DNA from: a virus
Lineage: Duplodnaviria; Caudoviricetes
Direction: 5' to 3' (one strand)
DNA length: 64,000 nucleotides
Virus record (IMG/VR): IMGVR_UViG_3300021431_000075
Coordinates: 256,001-320,000 of that record
The position numbers and the translations under genes were made by a program. The notes beneath the pieces are model-generated. The model ran no database searches, had not been told where the DNA came from, and saw only the letters and a program-made list of their open reading frames with translations. Positions 48,338 to 57,388 of this stretch are shown in pieces (position 1 is the first letter of the stretch; each line of letters opens with the position of its first letter).

Positions 48338-50167
48338 ATGAAAGCGTCTGTGTATGGTAAATTTTCGAACAAGTGTCTGGATGAAAGCCTGATGAATAAT
48401 ATAGAGCCTGATGAAGTTGAAGATGTTGATATAGAAGTTGATGGTAGATATGATGTGCATTTTGATTTTGTCATAGACGGACTTGTTAGTCAAAAGGACC
48501 ATTATTTTACGGATTTGTCTTATCGCGATATTTTTGAACGGATGGTTTTTGTTTTTAAAAACATAGAGTCATCTGGCGTTGGTTTGTGGTGGAAATTCAA
48601 TTGGAATAATGATAAAGTGGCAGGATTTGTGCAGATAAAGATAGACGAGTATTTTGATTTTGATAGATTCTGCAATCTGTTCATGAAACTGTTTTTTGCA
48701 AAGAATCATATCAATACCATAATATATTCTAATACTAATGCCACATTTGAAGACGAGTACGAATATAAGTTGAAAACGAAGTTTTCCGAAGACATTGTCG
48801 TGGAATACGAGTTCTTTGCTGACCAGTTCGGAACGTTGTTGAGAATAGTCAATAAAAATCAGTTATTGGATTTTATTCGAATGGTATTTCGCGATAACAT
48901 ATCAGAAGACGTAGTCATCAAGACTTTCGCGGATGCGTTTATGAACTGGCAGAAACAAGACGGAAAAGAAACTGTAATTTGTTTCGATAAAGAAGGAAAC
49001 AATCCGTTTTATTTCGTGAATGCAAACGGAACCATGTTTACAAGCCAACAGTTTTACAAGATTTATCATTTTAAAAATGGTTTTGCAAAAGTTAAAAGAA
49101 AATGTAGCCAAAGTTCGTCAAATGAAGGATATGAATATAATTTCGTAGATAAGAACGGAAAGTGCATTTCTGACAAATGGTTTATAGAGGCATGGGATTT
49201 CAGCAGCGAAGGTTTTGCAAAAGTTAATCGGGGATATAAATATAACTACATAGACAAGAAAGGAAATTGCATTTCTGACGAAGGGTTTAACTGGGTTGAT
49301 GATTTGTTCGAAGGTGGATTCGGAATCGTCAGAACATGGGGCAGAAACGAGAACCTCATATATAATTATGTAGATAAGAACGGAAAATACATTTCATACA
49401 AATGGTATGGAGAAGCATGGCATTTTAGCGAAGGCTTTGCAGTGGTCAAATGCAACGGGAAATATAATTTCATAAACAAATACGGAAATTATATTTCGCG
49501 CGACTGGTTTGATTATGTCAATTCGTTCAATGAAGGAGTTGCATGGGTTGAGATTGGCAAAAAAACGAATTTCATAGATAAGAACGGAAAGTATATTTTT
49601 AAAGATTGGTTGCAAGAGTCAATATCAGTAAACAATTTCCGCAATGGTTTTGCATGTGTTTATGACAGTACAAAGCGTAAATATAATCTCATAGACAAGA
49701 CGGGAAAATATATTTCAGGCAAATGGTTCGATGCTATACATACTGGTTTTAATAAAGACGGAAGAGCAGTGGTAGAAATCAACGGAGAATATAATTTCAT
49801 AGACAAGAGAGGAAACATAATTCTTAAAAATGGGTTTAGATGTAGACAAATTAGTTCTTTTGTTGGAAGTTTTTATGATGAAGGTCTTTTGTTAGTCAAG
49901 GTGGGTAGAGAAGGATATAATTTCATAGATAAGAACGGAGAATACTTGTACAAGAATGGTATGTTTGAAAGATGTAGTGAGTTTCATAACGGAGTATCTA
50001 TGTGTACAAAATATGGAAGAAATGGATACTTGACGACTTCTGGAGAATTCATTTGTGACGGAGGAGATCTTTTTTCAATTGTGCGTCCTTTAAAAGATAT
50101 CTTCATATTGCGGTACGGAACCGGCGCGATGGTTGATTCAAACGGAGAACTTGTCTCGTTGATTTAA
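48338..50167 (+). CDS. WG-repeat protein (LDESLM leader)
   Basis: LDESLMNNIEPDEVED; FCNLFMKL; ends GELVSLI. Confidence 0.92.
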   Translation: MKASVYGKFSNKCLDESLMNNIEPDEVEDVDIEVDGRYDVHFDFVIDGLVSQKDHYFTDLSYRDIFERMVFVFKNIESSGVGLWWKFNWNNDKVAGFVQIKIDEYFDFDRFCNLFMKLFFAKNHINTIIYSNTNATFEDEYEYKLKTKFSEDIVVEYEFFADQFGTLLRIVNKNQLLDFIRMVFRDNISEDVVIKTFADAFMNWQKQDGKETVICFDKEGNNPFYFVNANGTMFTSQQFYKIYHFKNGFAKVKRKCSQSSSNEGYEYNFVDKNGKCISDKWFIEAWDFSSEGFAKVNRGYKYNYIDKKGNCISDEGFNWVDDLFEGGFGIVRTWGRNENLIYNYVDKNGKYISYKWYGEAWHFSEGFAVVKCNGKYNFINKYGNYISRDWFDYVNSFNEGVAWVEIGKKTNFIDKNGKYIFKDWLQESISVNNFRNGFACVYDSTKRKYNLIDKTGKYISGKWFDAIHTGFNKDGRAVVEINGEYNFIDKRGNIILKNGFRCRQISSFVGSFYDEGLLLVKVGREGYNFIDKNGEYLYKNGMFERCSEFHNGVSMCTKYGRNGYLTTSGEFICDGGDLFSIVRPLKDIFILRYGTGAMVDSNGELVSLI

Positions 50168-50213
50168 TTGTTTGATATTCAATAAATATGAATATAAACA
50201 ATGTTGTGAATAA

Positions 50214-51887
50214 ATGTTTGCATATAAGTTCTTGAACGAGAGCATTCTCGACAATGTTGAAACTGATGATGTTGAAGATGTTGATATAGAAACAGAAGAT
50301 AGTTTTGATGGTGAAGAACCTTTTGTTTGGGTTTTTAATTACAAGCAAACTGTTCCGTCATGCACAAGGGATTATATCAATAAGATACTGGCAAGCAGCG
50401 AGTGTGTTGGAAAGTTTGACGAACTTATGTTTAATGATGACTATATTGCAGGCATTGGAACGGTAAAGAATTCGATAATCAGCGTCGGGTTCTATTCTCA
50501 CTGCAACGATTTCCGCAAGTATTGCGATTTGTTCGTCTCGCTTCTGCTTCCGAATGAATGCGTTGTTGAAATATACACGGGACAACACTACCGTTCCGGT
50601 TCGGAAATCGTACTGAATTTCAGGAACGGCGAGCTGTCCGAAACGGAGCGTCAGATGAGAAGCGACATAGAAATCTCATCGTTTCAAAATTTCGTCAACT
50701 TCTTTAAGCCGGTTGTCGGCAAGCTCGGGGTTTCGGTCGAGCATAGAGACATTTGCTGTTATGTTGTCAACGCGTTATGCAAGCATGACCGGTTCAGCAT
50801 GAAAAACAAGCCGTTTTATGTAGTGGGAACTGACATCGACGGCGTTTACCTGATAGACCGGTCAGGAAAACTGGTTTTGAAGGGGTTCGGAAGCGGTTAC
50901 AGTTTTCATAACGGCTATGCCGGGTTCGGCGATGATTCCCGCGGCTATTTCTATATAGGTCCGGATGGAAAGATTGACATGAACAAGTTCTCCGCATCGG
51001 GATACAGGCGTTTTTCGGATGACGGTTTCGCCGTGACTGTGAACAAGGAGTCAAGGGAGAATTATATCGACCGTGATTGGAACTTGGTTTCCGGAGAATG
51101 GTTTCAGAAGTGCTACGAGTTCGTGAACGGTTTCGGAAAGGTCAAGAAAAACGGAAAGTTCAATTTCATAGACAGGACCGGAAAGCTTGTTTCCAAGACA
51201 TGGTTCGTCAATTGCGAGAACTTTGACGAGGACGGCATGGTTGTCGTGACCGTGAAAGACAAGTCGAACAACAAGGCTTATAATTACATGGACGGTTCTG
51301 GAAAATTGATTCTGGACAAGAACTATAGGCTGTGCTTGCCGTTCAGCGATGGCGTTGGATGCGTGTTTGACGGTGAATACGGTTCTGTATTATGCAACTA
51401 TGTTAACAAGAATGGTCGTTTCATATCGGAGCAATGGTTTCTTCATCCAACAGGTCCGATGGTTGCCGAGCATAGTTTCAGCGGCGGATACGCATGCGTC
51501 TTGAATCGGGATGGCGGGTGCAATATGATAGACACCCGTGGAAAACTATTGTTTGATGATTGGAACAGAAAAATCAGGTTCGGCAAGTTTTCGGAAGGAT
51601 TCTGCAGTTTTGTAGAATATGGAAAGGGTTATGGATTTATCGACAAGACGGGAAAGAGAATCACTGATGAATATTTTGACAGCGTGACAGACTTCGAAGA
51701 CGGATTCGCGTTTGTTGTCAATCTTGAAAACGACGAGTTGAATAACTATATCAACACGAAAGGGGAGCTGATGCTTCCGTGGATGGATTCTGACGATATA
51801 AGCGCTTATGTTCCGAAGGACGGGTTGCTGTTCAACATATATGGAAATTGCATTGATTCGAACAAAGATTTGGTTTCTGTGATTTGA
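50214..51887 (+). CDS. WG-repeat protein (ESILD leader)
   Basis: MFAYKFLNESILDNVETDDVED; ends DLVSVI. Confidence 0.92.
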   Translation: MFAYKFLNESILDNVETDDVEDVDIETEDSFDGEEPFVWVFNYKQTVPSCTRDYINKILASSECVGKFDELMFNDDYIAGIGTVKNSIISVGFYSHCNDFRKYCDLFVSLLLPNECVVEIYTGQHYRSGSEIVLNFRNGELSETERQMRSDIEISSFQNFVNFFKPVVGKLGVSVEHRDICCYVVNALCKHDRFSMKNKPFYVVGTDIDGVYLIDRSGKLVLKGFGSGYSFHNGYAGFGDDSRGYFYIGPDGKIDMNKFSASGYRRFSDDGFAVTVNKESRENYIDRDWNLVSGEWFQKCYEFVNGFGKVKKNGKFNFIDRTGKLVSKTWFVNCENFDEDGMVVVTVKDKSNNKAYNYMDGSGKLILDKNYRLCLPFSDGVGCVFDGEYGSVLCNYVNKNGRFISEQWFLHPTGPMVAEHSFSGGYACVLNRDGGCNMIDTRGKLLFDDWNRKIRFGKFSEGFCSFVEYGKGYGFIDKTGKRITDEYFDSVTDFEDGFAFVVNLENDELNNYINTKGELMLPWMDSDDISAYVPKDGLLFNIYGNCIDSNKDLVSVI

Positions 51888-51982
51888 TAGAGAGTTGTTA
51901 TTATAGTATGTAGATGATAACGGTTTTCTCAATAAATATGAATGTACTTAAATAGATAAATACTATAAAATCTATAAACATT

Positions 51983-52579
51983 ATGTGGTTGACAAGCAAA
52001 GAATTTAGAAAGAAATATAAGATAACACCCCAACATCTGTATGCATTGAAGAAATCCGGGAAGATAGAGACCAAGCCGTCAGTCGGTTCGTCATACTTAA
52101 TAAACGACTCTTTTGAATCAGAAAATAAGTCTGTGTGTGTTTATGGAAGAGTGTCTACACCGAAGCAGTCAAAAGACCTTGACAACCAGATAAGACTCAT
52201 CAAGGAATACTGCATATCAAGGGGTGAGAACCCTGAATATGTGTTCAGCGATATCGGTTCTGGAATGAACGAGTCAAGAAACAGTTTGAACAAAATGCTC
52301 GACCTTGTCATCAATAATAAGATTTCCAAGATAGTAATTTCACATAAGGACAGACTTACAAGATTCGGTTTCAAGTACATAGAGAACATCTGCAACAGGT
52401 TCGGGACGACAATCGAGATTGTGAATCTTGATGACGACAAGTCGTTTCAGGAAGAGTTGACTGATGATTTGATAGCAATAATTCATCACTTCAGCATGCG
52501 TTTCTACGGAAAAAGACGAGACAAGATGAAGGACTTTGAGAGAACTTGCAAAAACGAGTTATTGAATGAAGATAAATAA
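51983..52579 (+). CDS. tnpA: IS607 serine-recombinase transposase
   Basis: N-terminal HTH; YGRVST..Q..DL.NQ; DIGSG; DRLTRFG; EELTDDLIAIIHHFSMRFYG. Confidence 0.95.
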   Translation: MWLTSKEFRKKYKITPQHLYALKKSGKIETKPSVGSSYLINDSFESENKSVCVYGRVSTPKQSKDLDNQIRLIKEYCISRGENPEYVFSDIGSGMNESRNSLNKMLDLVINNKISKIVISHKDRLTRFGFKYIENICNRFGTTIEIVNLDDDKSFQEELTDDLIAIIHHFSMRFYGKRRDKMKDFERTCKNELLNEDK

Positions 52580-52601
52580 TATATAAAAGATAAAATTTAT
52601 A

Positions 52602-53855
52602 ATGATAAGGTCTTGGAGTATAGTGACAGAAGCAAACGACATCATTCATGGAATGATGTCGGAAGCGTTGTCCATATATGACAAGGCGCTGTACTTCCAG
52701 CGACAAAGATACTTCGAGACAAAAAAGCAGGGAGACATAAAGACATATGATTATAATGACTTGTACGAGCTGGTGAAAGAAACCGACGTGTTCAAGAACT
52801 CGAAACTGGACTATGTTCTTCGTCAGAATCAGATAAGGGAAGTTATAGCGAACTGGAACAAGTATATCAAGGCTGTGATAAGGTACAAGGAGCATCCAGA
52901 ACTGTTCGACAAAAAGCCGAGGATACCGAACTACTTGTATAAGCGCAAGAATTATACGTCAGTATATGTAGACAGTTCGAGGTTCAGAAAGGGAAAGAAG
53001 AAGATAGAACACTCGATTACCTTGCCTTGTACAACGGAATGTATTGTGATTCCAAGACAGATAGACATCAAGAGCATACACCAATTGATACTGAAGCCGT
53101 ACTACGGCAAAGTGAAGATTTGCATCATATTCAATGAAAAAACAAAGAAAATAAAAATAGATTCAGACAAGCGTTCAGCAATCGGGATAGATATTGGATT
53201 GAACAACTTCTGTGCCATAACTTCAAACGACAAGAGCATTTCTTATGTCGTTAAGGGTGGTCCGCTGAAGAGCATCAACCAGTACTACAACAAGAAGAGA
53301 GCGGAACTGTACTCTGAACTTGCAAATTGCAACAAGAATCAAGATTCAAGCCATGCTTTGGACAGACTCTCCATGAAGCGCAAGCACAAGATGTACAACT
53401 TCATACATGCTGTTGCAAACAGAATCATAATGCTCTGCATAGAGAACAGGATTTCAACCATCTACATTGGTCACAACAAGGGATGGAAGCAGAATGCAAA
53501 TCTTGGTCGCAGAAACAACCAGAACTTCGTTTCTGTTCCGTTCAATGAACTGATTAATACGTTGCAGGACAAGGCGAAGCGTTACGAGAATCTTAAGGTG
53601 GTTGTAGTTGAAGAAAGCTACACAAGCAAGTGCGATCACTTGGCTTACGAGACTATGGAACACCATGACACGTATCTTGGAAAGCGAATCAAGAGAGGAC
53701 TGTTCAAGAGTTCGACTGGAAAGGAACTCAACGCTGACATAAACGGTGCCATAGGAATCTTGAGGAAAGGAAATGCAATCTCGGATGTTCAACTTAAGAA
53801 CTTACGGGATAGAGGCGATGTTGTATCGCCAGAGGTGTTGAGAATCAACCCTTAA
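52602..53855 (+). CDS. tnpB: RNA-guided endonuclease TnpB
   Basis: GIDIGLNN, EESYTSKC, RIKRGLF, NADINGAIGILRK. Confidence 0.93.
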   Translation: MIRSWSIVTEANDIIHGMMSEALSIYDKALYFQRQRYFETKKQGDIKTYDYNDLYELVKETDVFKNSKLDYVLRQNQIREVIANWNKYIKAVIRYKEHPELFDKKPRIPNYLYKRKNYTSVYVDSSRFRKGKKKIEHSITLPCTTECIVIPRQIDIKSIHQLILKPYYGKVKICIIFNEKTKKIKIDSDKRSAIGIDIGLNNFCAITSNDKSISYVVKGGPLKSINQYYNKKRAELYSELANCNKNQDSSHALDRLSMKRKHKMYNFIHAVANRIIMLCIENRISTIYIGHNKGWKQNANLGRRNNQNFVSVPFNELINTLQDKAKRYENLKVVVVEESYTSKCDHLAYETMEHHDTYLGKRIKRGLFKSSTGKELNADINGAIGILRKGNAISDVQLKNLRDRGDVVSPEVLRINP

Positions 53856-53927
53856 ATAAAAACATATAGTTTATATTCTTTATATAAATGTATGTTTTTA
53901 ATACAATATAAACCATGCTGTTGGAAA

Positions 53928-55802
53928 ATGTCTGCATATAAGTTACTGAATGAAAGCCTTCTTGATGATGTTGATGCTGATGAAGTAGAAGATGTCGAAA
54001 ATGATGTTTCCATTGGATTTTCATTAACGATAAAAGCTGCACGCAAAATCACAGATAAAGAATATGTCAAGTCTTTTCGTGAACATATGCGATTCGCCGC
54101 CGGACGGTTCAGCGATTCGGGATGTCAGGTTGGTTTGGATGTGAACGTGATGAAATCTGATTATCTGGAAGGGAAAATAAAGATACAGAGAAATCTTTAT
54201 GTTTATGATTTTTGCAATTTGTTTGTGCAGATGTTTTTCCCGAATGGTTGTAGCTGTTTCGGAAGCATCGGTTATGTTAACTTAGATTTGGAAGTGGCAA
54301 TAGCAGGCGATGAATATGTGAAGTGTATGTTTGTAGACAAAGAAGAAAAGAAGACATTGAATATAAGCAAAACGTCAACGTTTTTAAGTTTCTTTCATGT
54401 GTTGTTTCCTGAAGAAAAAGATGATTCGATCATCAAGTCTTTTGTAAGTGCATTTAAAAACTGGAAGAAAGAGAAAGGGGAAGCGATTGAAATATGCTTT
54501 GATTATGAAGGACGCGATAGAACTTATTTCATATATGCAAACGGAAATATGCTTTCTGATATGCATTTTTATGAAGTTGAAGATTTCAAAGAAGGTTTTG
54601 CACAAGTCAAGAAGAACGACAAATGGAATTTCATAGACACGGGCGGAAATTGTATTTCAAAAGACTGGTTTGATTATGTCGGTAATATTCAAGAAGGTTT
54701 TGCTCCAGTCGTGGAGAAAGGCAAATGGAATTTTATAGACATGGACGGAAATCGCATTTCAAAAGAATGGTTTGATTTTGTCGGTGTTTTCCAAGAAGGT
54801 TTTGCACTGGTCAAGAAGAACGGCAAAAGTAATCTCATAGATACAAGCGGAAAAATCATCTTGAATGACTGGTTTGATTATGTCGGCGCTTTTCAAGAAG
54901 GTTTTGTAAGAGTCATGAAAGGTAGTGAATGGAATTTCATAGACATGAATGGAAATTTTATTTCAAAAGAATGGTTTGATTTTGATGATGTTTTTGATTT
55001 TCAAAAAGGTTTTGCAAAAGTCTATAAAGATGGTAAATATAATTTCTTAGATACAAGCGGAAAATGCATTTCAAAAGACTGGTTTGATTGTGTCGGTGTT
55101 TTCCAAGAAGGTTTTGCACAAGTCAAGAAGGACGGCAAATGGAATTTTATAGGCACAAATGGAAAATGCATCTCGAATGAGTGGTTTGAACGTGTCGGTA
55201 ATTTTCAAGACGGTTTTGGATGTGTCAAGAAAGATGGTAAAAGTAATCTCATAGACACAAGCGGAAAAATCATCTTGAATGACTGGTTTGATTATGTCGG
55301 TGTTTTCCAAGAAGGTTTTGCGCCGGTCGAGAAGAACGGCAAATGGTATTTCATAGACAAAAGTGGAAATCGTATTTCAAAAGACGGGTTTGACGATGTC
55401 GGGGATTTTCAAGAAGGTTTTTCATATGTCAATAAGAAAAACAAGTATAATTTCATGGACACAAGCGGAAATTATATTTCAAAAAGATGGTTTGATAACG
55501 TTTTGGATTTTCAAGAAGGTTTTGCACAAGTCAAGAACAAAGGCGGATGGAATTTCATAGATACGAAAGGCAAGCTTCTGTATAAGAAAGGGATGTTTGA
55601 CAAATGCGAAGATTTCAAGCAAGGCGTCGCTCTGGTCGTGAAAGACGGCAAGTATTCTTACTTGAACACTTCTGGAGAACTCGTTTGTGACTATTTCGAC
55701 AACCGGTTTTCTGTTGTCCGCATTTCGGATGACATGTTTAGGTTGCAGTATGGTTTGGGTTCCCTCATAGATTTGAATGGGGAAATCGTCTCGCTGATTT
55801 AG
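53928..55802 (+). CDS. WG-repeat protein (ESLLD leader) with ~11 near-identical repeats
   Basis: MSAYKLLNESLLDDVDADEVED; FQEGFA.V...KWNFID..G..IS..WFD; ends GEIVSLI. Confidence 0.93.
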   Translation: MSAYKLLNESLLDDVDADEVEDVENDVSIGFSLTIKAARKITDKEYVKSFREHMRFAAGRFSDSGCQVGLDVNVMKSDYLEGKIKIQRNLYVYDFCNLFVQMFFPNGCSCFGSIGYVNLDLEVAIAGDEYVKCMFVDKEEKKTLNISKTSTFLSFFHVLFPEEKDDSIIKSFVSAFKNWKKEKGEAIEICFDYEGRDRTYFIYANGNMLSDMHFYEVEDFKEGFAQVKKNDKWNFIDTGGNCISKDWFDYVGNIQEGFAPVVEKGKWNFIDMDGNRISKEWFDFVGVFQEGFALVKKNGKSNLIDTSGKIILNDWFDYVGAFQEGFVRVMKGSEWNFIDMNGNFISKEWFDFDDVFDFQKGFAKVYKDGKYNFLDTSGKCISKDWFDCVGVFQEGFAQVKKDGKWNFIGTNGKCISNEWFERVGNFQDGFGCVKKDGKSNLIDTSGKIILNDWFDYVGVFQEGFAPVEKNGKWYFIDKSGNRISKDGFDDVGDFQEGFSYVNKKNKYNFMDTSGNYISKRWFDNVLDFQEGFAQVKNKGGWNFIDTKGKLLYKKGMFDKCEDFKQGVALVVKDGKYSYLNTSGELVCDYFDNRFSVVRISDDMFRLQYGLGSLIDLNGEIVSLI

Positions 55803-55841
55803 AGAGCGGATTTCAATAAATATCTTATAAAACTTAAATCA

Positions 55842-57347
55842 ATGAGCGGAATGTCTGTATATAAATTCTTGAACGAGACTCTTCTTGATGATGTTGATGC
55901 TGATGAAGTTGTTGACGATGACGCTTCTGTCGGTTTTGATGGCGCAAGAGCGGTATATTTGAGGTTCAGCAAATACAGGCAGGTTGCTAAAGGCAACAGT
56001 GCTGCGCTTGAGAAGTTTCTCGGCAGGTGCGGGTTTGTTGAGCGGTTCACTGTGGATGACGACTGTGAGTCCATCGGGATGCTGACTTCCGGAATGAAAC
56101 TTGCTGATTTGTGCAGGGTGGTTTGCTATGCGTTGTTTGTTCTTGCGGCAAAGACAATAAGGTCGGATAACAAATTCATAAATCTTGTAGATCTTTTTAC
56201 CATATGGGATGAGAAAGAAAATTTCAACGTGTATATCAATCTCGGGCCTGATGACGATCCGAAATTGAAGGTTGGATACGAATTTGCGCGGTTTTTCATG
56301 AAGTGGTTCCCGGATGTTGGAGAGAAAGATGCGTTCCTGTGCTTTGTCAGGGAATTCATACGGATATGGGGAAAGTTCGTTGACTTTGGAGACATGTTCA
56401 GTGCCAGCTGGTTTCATAAGGATTCGCGTGAGCCGTCTTGTGTGCTGTTCGACAGAAGCGGGAATGTTGCCGCGGATTATGACTGTGTGTTCTGCGACAA
56501 TGAGTTCCATGACGGTTTTGTCCGTATCAAGAATGACGAAGGAAGATGGAACTATGTTGACAGGGACGGCAATCTCCTGTTTCCTGACAGGTGGTTCAAG
56601 CATTGCAACCCGTTCTCCTGCGGATATGGCTCTGTGTTGACTGATAATCGTCTATATAGACTCGTAAAAACGGACGGGACGCTCATCGAGAGAGGTTTTG
56701 CTGAGTGTGGAATTGTTGTCGGGAACTTTGTCTCGGTTCGGTTTTACAAGAACAAGGATATATGGACCATAATCGACTTAAGCGGCAGCAATTCTGACAT
56801 GGACGGTTTCAAGATATTGAGCGACAGGTTCCATGACGGCTTCATAGTGGTCAGGACGGGAAAATATCAACCCGCGTTTATGGACGAGTTTGGAAATGTT
56901 CGGTTCGGACCGCACAGGCAATGCCGTGACTTCCACTGCGGTTTCGCCATCGTCTCTGATGAACAGGACAAGTATAAATATTTGGCGAAGGACGGGAGGG
57001 AGAGCCGATGCTTTCACAAGTGCCATGATTTCGATGGCGGCTATGCCGTCGTGGAGAACGGCGACGGCGGATTCAACATAATAGACGAGAACTTCAGTCT
57101 GATGTTTGACAAGTGGATTGCCGGCGAGTGCGAGAATCTCGGCGGCGGAATGTTCAAGGTTGTTCGTGCAGCGAAGTCGGACGGGCAGCAGAAAGTCAAT
57201 TTCTTGAGTGTTGAGAACGGCTGGATGGACACGCAGTTGGATTTCGACAACGGAGTCAGGTTCAGGTTCGATGACGGGATTCTCATGGCAAGCGATGGAC
57301 TGTGTGTCGATTTCGGTTCGGAGCATGAATATGCGGCGTTGATTTGA
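55842..57347 (+). CDS. WG-repeat protein (ETLLD leader)
   Basis: SVYKFLNETLLDDVDADEV; ends YAALI. Confidence 0.9.
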   Translation: MSGMSVYKFLNETLLDDVDADEVVDDDASVGFDGARAVYLRFSKYRQVAKGNSAALEKFLGRCGFVERFTVDDDCESIGMLTSGMKLADLCRVVCYALFVLAAKTIRSDNKFINLVDLFTIWDEKENFNVYINLGPDDDPKLKVGYEFARFFMKWFPDVGEKDAFLCFVREFIRIWGKFVDFGDMFSASWFHKDSREPSCVLFDRSGNVAADYDCVFCDNEFHDGFVRIKNDEGRWNYVDRDGNLLFPDRWFKHCNPFSCGYGSVLTDNRLYRLVKTDGTLIERGFAECGIVVGNFVSVRFYKNKDIWTIIDLSGSNSDMDGFKILSDRFHDGFIVVRTGKYQPAFMDEFGNVRFGPHRQCRDFHCGFAIVSDEQDKYKYLAKDGRESRCFHKCHDFDGGYAVVENGDGGFNIIDENFSLMFDKWIAGECENLGGGMFKVVRAAKSDGQQKVNFLSVENGWMDTQLDFDNGVRFRFDDGILMASDGLCVDFGSEHEYAALI

Positions 57348-57388
57348 TTTTCGCTTTTTAGTAACTGATTAATTTATTGGTTGATGCA

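Larger units (their letters stand above)
51940..53907 (+). mobile_element. IS607-family element (tnpA + tnpB)
   Basis: Joined flanks reconstruct the paralogous empty site at 46603-46641; ends uncertain by about 4 nt. Confidence 0.85.
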
